Under the pieces are notes generated by a model that saw nothing but the letters and a program-made list of their open reading frames with translations, ran no database searches and was not told the DNA's origin. From positions 1,672,011-1,736,010 of the forward strand of contig MU054117.1 of NCBI GenBank assembly GCA_013239625.1: DNA of 64,000 nucleotides, given 5' to 3'. The stretch is from Lama guanicoe. Its lineage: Eukaryota. This document shows positions 54,101 to 64,000 of the stretch, piece after piece. Made by a program: the position numbers and the translations under genes. The number at the start of each line of letters is the position of its first letter. The stretch's first letter is position 1.

Positions 54101-57100
54101 TGAATGAATCCATGAATGCGCTTCCCCACCCCCAACCAAAAAAAGTGTGTGTACATTCTTCATAAGCAGTTAGCACTTCCCTGGGAATAAAAGAAATTCC
54201 TATGACTTAAAAGAAAGGTGAGGACTGATATTGGGCCTCTGAGACTCAGTAAGTTAACACAACCCAAACACTATGACCAATTTGCAAAGGTAAAAGCTGA
54301 CATTATTTTGATTTTTAAAAATAATTTGTAAAAAGTCATTGTAAAAAAGGTTCCCAACTACTTATTCACAGCAAAGTATAAATGGGGGGAGGGGGACCAA
54401 ACAGGGTCTTCCTCCTCACAAAAAATCTAGAATCAATTTTCTAGAGAATAAATACACTGGACAGTAATCTTAAAATTCTGTGGGAATATTAACTTCTATG
54501 TAATTTTGCCTAGAAGTCTCTGTACTGTAAGCAGAGGCTATTTCACATATCTGTCACAGATTTTTATCCTCCCTGAAAGTTACTGATGATTTATTTTAAG
54601 GCGTCTGAAATTTAAAGTTTTAAATTTTTAACATTAGAAATGAGTACAGATTTTCAACTAAGTAGGGAAAAAATCTGGTGCTTCTTTCAATAATCTGTCA
54701 ACTTGTTCTCCTTATGAGTCTCTTTTTTTTTTTTTTAAATCCGGGAGCACTTCATAAGATATTTCAGAGAACTACGTTATTGTGGCACCCAAAAGATTTT
54801 GAAAAACAAAGCAAAACAGAGCAAAACTAACAAGAACATGCAGACCAGTAAGAACAGCTAGAGTTTTAAAAAATGGTATTTGTGAAGTGTCTGCAATTTA
54901 CACTAACTGGTTGTTTTACTTCTGTTGTCATTCTCAGAAAATCCCTATGAGATATTGAGTAATACTACTTTAACAAATGAACAGTCTCAGAAAAATTCAG
55001 TATCTTCCTCAAATTCATAAAGAAAAGCAGAACCATGATTTAAATGAAGATCTGACTCATAACTCACATTCCATTCACTATACTAGACAAAAATACATCC
55101 TAATTTTTATAAAGCTTCTAAAACATGTTTCTTCTTGGAAAAGCCATGTCAATATTTCTGTTATTAACTAGGAACCATTAAAAATAAGGCATTTCACTAA
55201 ATTATAAATTACAGCTAAAGGTAAAATAAGAGGAATATGTATTGTTTAAATATATCAACTGTCAATCAAATTATTGTGAAGACAATGATAAAATTTTTAA
55301 ATAAAGTATGAAGTGAGATTTAAAACAGACTGGCGTCACAGTTGCTTTTTAGTACCTCCTCTCCAGCATTTATCAAACTGGACGTTCCTGGGGGCTCGAT
55401 ACTCTCCCAAACGCAACATTCATTATCTTCAGTGTAAACTAGAGCTGATGCAGCTAACCCACTCTATTCATTTCATTCATTTCTTTCCACCTACATAAAA
55501 TTGTTTTGACAGGCTAACTGAACAAAACCAAGGATCACTGTCACATGACCTCCCATAACATGCACAGTTCCAGGCAGCTAAGGGTGGAGGTGGGGAGCCC
55601 AGCAACAACTAAAACGATTGTTCTTCTTAGCACCGTCCAAGCAGCAGTGCTCAGCAGATGACTTGCTGATGCCGTCTCTTCCTGGGTGAGAAACACAGTG
55701 CTAGTATTTCGTACAATGGCCTTACAGCAACTTTACATCTTCAGCTCCTTGCTTTGCAAGAAGCTATTTTATTTTAAACATCTTCTAGAGGCATTTTTCT
55801 CTTTATTCCTAAATTTCAGTATTTCCTAAGGTAGCAATCCTATGCCTTCCTGTTGCTTATTTTATTGGCCCCAGATGCAAACCTTCCAAATTGTGCAACT
55901 AAAACAATGAGATTTATTTTCATCAAATTAAACCTGAAATATTCACTTTATTAGCTAACATCCTTACCCCCAGAAAATCTGTCCCTCAAGGTTAACACTT
56001 AAACTTCAGGGGCATTTTATTTTTACCAATATTCAAAGTTTTACTACTAAATTAAGACCACGTATAATAAGTCTACATATCAAAACATGGGTGGAGAGAA
56101 GTGTCTGGAATTCCTTGATTAGAATATTTTAGGCCAATATTGGAGTCCTCCCCTCCTTATCATTTTCTGCACCACACTGACTTAGCAAAGACTTGGGTAC
56201 CTAGTCCATCTTTGAAAGTGATACTAGGTGTTGGGTGTTGGGATATGAAATAAAAACTTGTCTTCAGGCAGAGAGAACAACAGTAGTGTGAAACACTGCT
56301 TTCTAATGCAGCATGGGTTCCAGTCACCACTTAACCAAAAAAAGAATTAGTCTGTATTTTGAAAGAAAGGAATCACATAAATGATTACTCAAGTCTCTCA
56401 TGATTATAGATTATAATCGTGAAAGAGAAGTGATTATATCTCTCTCATAGGCCTGCAGGGTCTAATAATAGAGCTTTTAAGGTGTTTTGAAATACAATAT
56501 GAAAAATTAAACCTGGATTTTATGTGACCAAATCTACACAGTAAACTCCTACTACAAATTTCATCATGACTTTCCAATCTGGTGCCCTTAGAGAGGACAA
56601 GGTCTATCCCATAGACCAGAGAGTCCATTTAAACTTTCCTCAATAGGTGAACAGATGTGACAATTATGGGAAAAGGGCAGGGAGCACATGGACATTTAAA
56701 AAACGACAGGGTCCCTTGCTTCTCCAAACAGTCTTCTAAGAACTACCCTGAAATAGTCCTAGTTTCATAAAGACAGGGAAAAAAAATAAAAAGTCATCAA
56801 AAGAACAGTAAAAAAAAAAAAAAAAGAACCTGGCTGTTCTAACTCCTTCTCCATCAATCTTCCTCTAGTGCATCTTCATTTGTGTTTCATTTACGAAAGG
56901 GTCTCTGTCTTCAAAGCAGCAATGAAAATATTTACATAGTCTACTTATACAAGAAAGACAAGTGTGCTTTCTCAAACCAGATATGTGCTAAATTATACAG
57001 TTCTACCATTAAGCATCCTCCACTTCACCCCCAAATCTGGGCCACAGATATGTGAAGCTAGGGCCAGAAGTTCTCTTCACCCCTCTTTTCAGGGGCACAA

Positions 57101-57676
57101 AAGCCAAACAATTCAAAAATATCTAGAACCCGGCACATATAGAAAGCTTTATGTTAATGCTAAAAATATAGCAGATATCTGTTATAGCTGAACCACAAAA
57201 AAAGTAAATACATTTGATCCCATTAGAAAATAAACTATTTTCACAAAATGACTTACAATACCCATTGTATATAATATAGCAAAATTTAGAACACTACCTA
57301 GCCATTCTGATGAATTCGAAAGGTTTTATGAGATATTCCCATTCACTTGAATGCAAATTGAGAGGGCTAAATTCCAACTCTTATAGGTAGGGCCTTATAC
57401 TACAACTTTCTTTAAAAAAAAAAAAAAGCCAATAAAGGGACAAAAAGGGAAGTTAACTTGAATGTGGACATGGACCAAGACTGAAAAATTCTTGCTTATT
57501 ATCAGAAAAATTATTGCTACACTTCAGAGACAAATGTTACTCTGCAATGAATACGAGAAAACAGTTTTCAAAGTTTCTTCAGTGGGGTAACAAAGGGTTG
57601 CCCAAGGGGAGACCAACAAAACAGAGATTAGTTATTAGCACTGAACTTGGTGGGTCAGCACCCTGTTAAGCACCCA

Positions 57677-57776
57677 CCACAGAAAAGCAAATATGGTGGG
57701 TACCTCACAAAAAAAGCAAGAATCTCCCACAGAAAAGCAAATATGGTGGGTACCTCACAAAAAAAGCAAGAATCTC
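57677..57776. repeat. Perfect 50-bp tandem duplication (2 copies)
   Basis: ccacagaaaagcaaatatggtgggtacctcacaaaaaaagcaagaatctc occurs twice in tandem. Confidence 0.97.
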
Positions 57777-59201
57777 ATCACAGAATTCAAAGCCTGATAT
57801 CCAAAACTTGTTTTTGTTCAAGAAAGAAATTAATAAAATAAAGTCCAATATTTAAGAACACAGTGCATTAACTTTTCAGTGTGTATGACAAGGTATTAAC
57901 CTAAGTAGACCAAAGCAAAAAAACCTTTTTTAATAAAAAAAAAAAAAGAGGGAGGATGCTATAAGATATCCATTCATATGAACATTAAATACTTGTATAT
58001 TATTATTTGTATAAATACTTAAATATCACCTTTTCTTCTACAACCCTCGCATAAGCTCAATCTTAACCTCCTTCTCTTTCCCGTACCCACTCGAGGGGCA
58101 GGGAATAACTACTACAGCTTTACAAGGAAGCCCAGAAGTGCAGAAAGCAGTAACATTTGAAGAAAAAGGAAAAAACAAAAAAATCCAGAAAGCCCAGTTT
58201 GCACAAGTACATCCACCTTCATTGAGTTTTATACTGAGAATAAACACTTGACATCCGCATGCTTGGTGAAGTCAGACTATTTTAATGCAATGTTCTACTA
58301 ATTCTGGAGTTCAAATTAGTATTTACAAACGTCTGCTGTACATTTTATGACCAAAGACTCAGTATATCTCCAACCCTACAAAGTTTCTTCCACAAATCAG
58401 CTTAACCACTTCATTTTCCTATTTCTGTCTTCCCAGGCAGTAAGGTTGGCATCTCTTTTAATCCCTGTAATTCCATCATTTCCCACATATTATTTACACT
58501 GCTGCAACCTAATGAAAGGCACAACTAACCTCCTATCAAAATAGCTATTGCCTAACTACTCCTTTCCCACTTGAATCTACCCTTTCGATGCAGCTATTCT
58601 CCAAAACACTTTAAATCACACCAAGTCCTCCATTCTAAAATAGTGTAAAATTAACAAACCAATATTGCCTAATTACAAGAATCTCCTAGGGCACTTGTTA
58701 ACCAAGGATTCTAAGGCATTATCCTACCCCTGGTGAATCAATCACCAGGGGAAAGGACTTCTTATGACCAGTAAGTTTGGAAAATTCTCCACTACATCAA
58801 ATTCAAATTCCAGTGCCACTCAGATCTACCTCCTTTTCAATACTTTTCAAAATAACCCACCACAGGTAGGAGGGAGTTCTACATCCTAAATGCCATGCTT
58901 AGCTCTTCTTTTGCACTTCTGTACCTAAAAGAACTGACAGGAGTTTCCTTGTAAAATGGAAACATCATCTTTCTTGCCTAGCTAAGAGTTATTTTGATGA
59001 GTCAAGATACTGCATGTAAGCACTCAAAACTGTGAAAATCAATACACAACATAATTTTTACAGTAAATACTTCACTCATAGTGATTTATTCCTCTATATG
59101 TATTCCTGAATATATTTACATTTTGCCATTTTTATACTGCAGGGAAACAGACTGCTGAGGAAGTCACCTGGAGAAGTTAGCAATTTCTTAACTTGGGACT
59201 A

Positions 59202-59234
59202 CAATTTTACTGTATGTGCTGCCGAAGCGAGCAC
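59202..59234 (-). pseudogene. RNU6: 3'-truncated U6 snRNA retropseudogene (U6 nt 1-33)
   Basis: Minus strand GTGCTCGCTTCGGCAGCACATAcAgTAAAATTG matches the U6 5' end with 2 mismatches; flanked by 16-bp direct repeats. Confidence 0.92.
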
Positions 59235-59819
59235 TTAAATTGGGACTACAGACATATCAGGAGTGGGTAAATATTCTGTGCTCTAACTCACAAAATTAAT
59301 TACAAATTTATATATTTATATTCTGGCTCAATTAGCTGATCAAAAGATATCATGAGGCAGTTTGTTTTTTCAATTATATTAGCAACCAAATGATAACTCA
59401 AGTGGCAATTTATAAATTCAGTCTATTGTTAATTTTGTTAATAAGTTAATTTTGGCTACAAGTGTGGCATGCCCTAAAGTCAGCAAATTTCCCCATTATT
59501 TACTCTGAATTCCTTTACCAGTTAAGGATAACATTTCTGCAGTTATAATTCATAATTGAAAGAGACTTTCTCTTAAGAATAAATTATTTATAAAGGAAGA
59601 CTGACTGCAATTAATTTGGTTTAGACTGGCAAGTAAACAATTTGATTTTAGTTGTTTTTAGTTTGCATTAAACCAGAAGTCTGTTTTGATTATAGCTGTA
59701 TAAGATCTATAAAGCACAAGAGGTGTATATTTTGTTTTCTACTTACACATGTAATATTTTAATAATTTTAAGTCACACTAAGGGTCCATAATTATTTTCC
59801 TTTAAAACTTGTCTAAGAA

Positions 59820-60545
59820 TGGCATACCACTTCAAACCCATTAGGAGGTTACTGTTAAAAACAAAAAACAAAACCCAAAAATGTAGAATCTAACAAATGT
59901 TAGCAAAGATACAGAGAAACTGAAACCCTTGTACATTACTAGTAGGAATGTAAAATATTAAAGCCACTGTGGAAAACAGTTTGGCATTTACTCAGAAAGT
60001 TAAACAGAGAATTACTGTATGATCCAGCAATTCCACTCCTAGGTTTATAGTCAAAAGAACTGAGGCAGAGACTCAAACAGATAACTTGCACACCAACGTG
60101 CCTAACAACAGTACTCATAGTAGCTAAAGGGAGGAAACAACCCAACGGAAAACAAAATGTGGTAAATATGTAAAATGGAATACTATTCTGCCTTTAAAAG
60201 TAAATTCTGATACACAGAACAACATGGATTGAACATGAGGACATTATGCTAAGTGAAATCCAGACACAAAAGGACAAATACTGTACGGTTCCATTTATAT
60301 GAGGTTCCTAGAACAGGCAAATTCAAAGAGACAGAAAGTAGAAAAGAGGTCACCATAGGTTGGGGGGAAGAGAAAATGGTGAGTAAGTTTTAATATGATC
60401 AGTGTTTCAGTTTGGGAGGATGAAAAAGTTCTGGATATGGATGGTGGTGATGACTGCACAACACCATTAATGAACTTAATGCCACGGAATTCTGTGCACA
60501 CTTACAAAATGGCACATTTTGGTAAACTGATGTTGTGTATATTCC
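59820..60545 (+). mobile_element. Old L1MB-type 3' end
   Basis: gccactgtggaaaacagtttggca, gatccagcaattccactcctagg, gatgaaaaagttctggatatggatggtggtgat. Confidence 0.85.
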
Positions 60546-62266
60546 TCCCCTCCCAAACAGTCTAAACGTTATCTGATTTTGCAGAACCCTGTTCTTGACA
60601 CAATGAAATACAGAATTCCATTCAGGGTAGTGGAAGCAGGGGGATGCTATTGGGCAGAAGCACACTGAGAACTTCAAGAAGTATAGATAGTGTTCTACTT
60701 CCTACACTAGATAGTACTTGACGTATATGTTGGAATACATGAGATATCATATATAATTCGTTTACACTTAAGAGAAAAATAATGTCTACTGATCAACCTT
60801 TACTGACTTCCTACATAAGAGAAAAATAAACTGTAAATTTCACATTTTCTTATTTTCAAGGCAGGTAAATGACTCTACCTCAGTACGGATCCCTTCATAA
60901 GTTTAACTAAGAACTAGACTAGTTTTTGCATTAATATTACCATTACAACCTAATCCAACTGTCATTTCACCCAATGAATAGGTTTCAATGTACCTCTTTA
61001 AAAAAAAAACTGTTAACATGATCAATGGGTATATGGGGAATTTAAATACTTTAAAATTTCACATGAACTCTGTTAAGCATATGGAAACATGGAGTATACA
61101 AACGCCTATGTATGCACCTTCTGTATTTGTCACATCTTAATATTTTGTCATATTTCCTTTAGATTATTTTGTAAGAAATAAAAATACCATTCTTCCTTCC
61201 CCTTCCTCATAGTTAGCCACTGTCTAGAATATGGCATTTATCTTGTCAGTGTGTATCTTTATATATAGTACACACTCATGAATCATATACTGCACTATTT
61301 TATATTCTGACTTTTATATAAATGCTATTACTGAACCTTTTCTAAACCTTGCTTTTTTGCTTATGATCTTTTTTAATGAACTAATTTCCTATCCCAATAG
61401 AGTGTACCTGGCTAAATAAAACACATATCCTTTGTCAAATTGGAAGCAATAACTATGGATTTTCATAGTAACCATTATTTAACTATTGTTTGCACTACAT
61501 AAAACTAACCTTTGAATCAGCATGCTTTTAGAAGCTGCTTGTCAATCAGGCAGAAAATCTACACATTTTCTTTTGGCTAAATCATGCTCATCATTTTCAA
61601 AATATGTATACTATGAAAGAAAGCTTTTATTGAACATATCCACCTAATTTTTATTAGCTATAACTGCATTTTATATCTGGCCTCGGGCTGACTGGAAAGT
61701 TTTTCTGACAAGAAGGAAATTAGTCGCTGCTTTAAGACTATCTTGTTTACTACATCTAGACAATGAAGTTTCAGTTTGTGTAGAGCATAATACTTTCACT
61801 TAGAAACAAACATAATTTCTCAGTCTTAACCTTTAAAAGTCTGACATAAGAGATCAGTTCCAATCCCCTACACATCCAGACTTACATTCAAAGAGTAACT
61901 GAAAATTAAGTAAAAGGTTTTTACCATTGCCTTCTTTTTATTTCTAGAAGGGAAAAAAGATTCAAATCAAATCAGATTTATTTAGAATCACAGCTTTAGC
62001 AACACATCAAAGGCATCTGTACAATCAACCACAATGGAACTTTACTATCAATGAATATGTTATTCGTCCTAAGGTCAGCTCTGCAAACTTATTAATTACT
62101 GAAATTATATATAGCGTTATTCAGTGCCATGCTAATGCACAATCAACCCAAAGTGTAAGACAGGTAGGCACCTGCACCTGAGAAACTCCAAGGCAGATGA
62201 CAGTGTGGAGGCTCCAGGATTTTAAAAAAAAATTTTAAAAAAGCAAGAATGCAATTAACCATATTA

Positions 62267-62345
62267 TAAGATTGAACCAAATAAAACTGTCATGTTTGTT
62301 GGCCATAATGGTTGAATATAGGCCATGTCGTATGAGTCAACCTAA
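62267..62345. mobile_element. MADE2 mariner MITE (~80 bp)
   Basis: Degenerate TIRs taagattgaacca...tgagtcaacctaa with a MADE2-like interior. Confidence 0.7.
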
Positions 62346-62880
62346 CTAACGTATGACTGAATTATTTCCCTTTTCATTTTTTCCTCCCAGTAGTTTGGAA
62401 GATACCTTGTTTAATTCTGTAAGTTGTCAAACAACATTCTTTAACTTATACCTAGTGTCAGGATCTTCAAAGTGCCTTACAATTGAGCTTAAAACATGTT
62501 TACCACCTTCCAAACCTGTTTCTTGTTAAAGTTATCTGGAGACTGATTATTACTCCCTTTTTTGACATCACAGGTTGTTGGTCATAAGTTCCCTTCATAG
62601 TCATGCTTACAATTTTAACCATTTCATATCTATTATCAGTCATTATAAAATGACTTCAATTCTTGATGCCTTAATTCTTGTTTCAATACTCTAAGTTCCT
62701 TGAGCTTCTGGCTTCTAATATTGGGAGTGAAGAGTCATTTCAGATCTCTGGTAAATAACACTATTTCTCTACATGGGTACTTACAGGATGCCCTTCCCCC
62801 ATTCTTTAAAGTGCAATTATTTTGCTAGATTCTTTGTCTAAGATGTGGGTCTTTTCTTGATTTTTGACTAGAATGATTTA

Positions 62881-62918
62881 TTTTTAATGGAGGTACTGGG
62901 GATTGAACCCAGGACCTC
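62881..62918 (-). mobile_element. Short tRNA-SINE fragment (B-box portion)
   Basis: tttttaatggaggtactggggattgaacccaggacctc. Confidence 0.7.
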
Positions 62919-64000
62919 ATCTGCTATTGTTTTCTTGAACTGCCTTCTCTATCCCTCCTTAAAATATTCTGGGATTCTTTCTCACATGCCAAAAGCCAAG
63001 TCTCCATGTATTTTACTGAATATGTTGGCATTTTCATTTATATTTTTGGATCCTGCATGATTCTTCTGGATTCTCTTCTTACATCCATGCTTTTTTCTTT
63101 TGGCTCTTTGTTGGACAAGGACAGATCTTCCAAACTCGGTGTTTATGGCCCCAAGGTATGCCACACATGTGGGAGTCAGGTAATTGAAATGGGAAAAAAA
63201 GTTGCCAGCCATGCAGCAAGAAACCTTAATGCTAGAGCTAAATGATCTTATTATTTTCTCTATGTAAAATATCACAAAGTCATTGCCAAATGAAAAAGTG
63301 ATCAAAAAAAATGAAGCCAAAAAACACGGGGTGGGGGAGGATTTAGAACTATGTCAGTTAATAAATGTTTTTTCCCCGGATTTTGCGATATTTTTGGTAT
63401 TAGTTCTTTTAAGTCTAATTTTTGTGATTTGTTCTCATTCTACATGAAAATTTATTCTCATAATTTCTTTAAAAAGCTATTTTTAGCGTATATTAAAAAT
63501 ACTGTGACTATAAAACAGTAACAGGAAATGATGGTGTGGGGGGACCATTAGTAACTCTTACAGATATGTTGACATAAAAAGTCAATGAAAGCCTTGCAAA
63601 AATAAATTCCAAATCAAAACGGCAGATGAGGGAGATGAGGGGTTGGTGGCACGGTGAGGGTGAGAGCGAAGTCATTACAGGTGTTTCAACATACACCCCA
63701 GAAAAAGAAAACAGGGAAAAACAGCAGTAGAAATAACATTCCCCAAAGCAGAAAAACATTTACTAGGGTCTGTTAACAATCCAACACAATGGATGGTGGA
63801 GAAAAATTTAAAACAAAACAAACAAGGAGGCCCATTCCTATAAGTTCACAAAACCAAAAAATATCCAGGAGATGGGGAGGAACATCAGCAGCACCATGGA
63901 GAAAAATGTATTAACAGAATCCTAAACAAACCCAGAATTCAAAGTTTACCATAATGCTTACTTTCTTATTAGCAAGATACAGACAAATTTTAAAGAGAGA

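Noticed and set aside
58727..58751. Hairpin cccctggtga-atcaa-tcaccagggg
   Set aside because: Only 10-bp arms, and it seems to sit in a decayed MER5-like MITE, which is naturally palindromic.
44927..64000. Searched for WNK1 exon 1, a CpG island or a nested gene in intron 1
   Set aside because: AT-rich, repeat-laden sequence with only short non-homologous ORFs; exon 1 lies beyond the window.

Overview
Mammalian genomic DNA, most likely a camelid (inferred from the tRNA-derived SINE and L1 3'UTR types). The whole window lies inside the WNK1 (with-no-lysine kinase 1) gene on the minus strand. It runs from the distal ~19 kb of intron 1 (44927-64000; exon 1 is not in the window) through exons 2-12. 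It includes the kidney-specific alternative first exon 4a (KS-WNK1), the neural cassettes 8B and HSN2, and the proline-rich cassettes 11 and 12. All internal exons have GT-AG ends and splice into one open frame. The introns hold L1 fragments (one 2.7 kb copy with a perfect 15-bp TSD), SINEs, Tigger/hAT/mariner MITEs, an MLT1 LTR piece and a 33-nt tailless U6 retrocopy. I found no new gene system. Best leads: (1) the exon 11 NEDD4-2-binding LPxY motif reads LPQF; (2) the three frames of exon 8B contain the pieces of the human RefSeq peptide as I recall it; (3) a tandem GTAG/GTAAG donor and an upstream in-frame ATG at exon 4a; (4) GC-ward divergence of exons 7, 10 and 11; (5) a perfect 26-bp palindrome containing an ERR-type site in intron 6. 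Comparisons to human and repeat-family names are from memory and need confirmation by alignment or RepeatMasker. Boundaries of old repeats are approximate.
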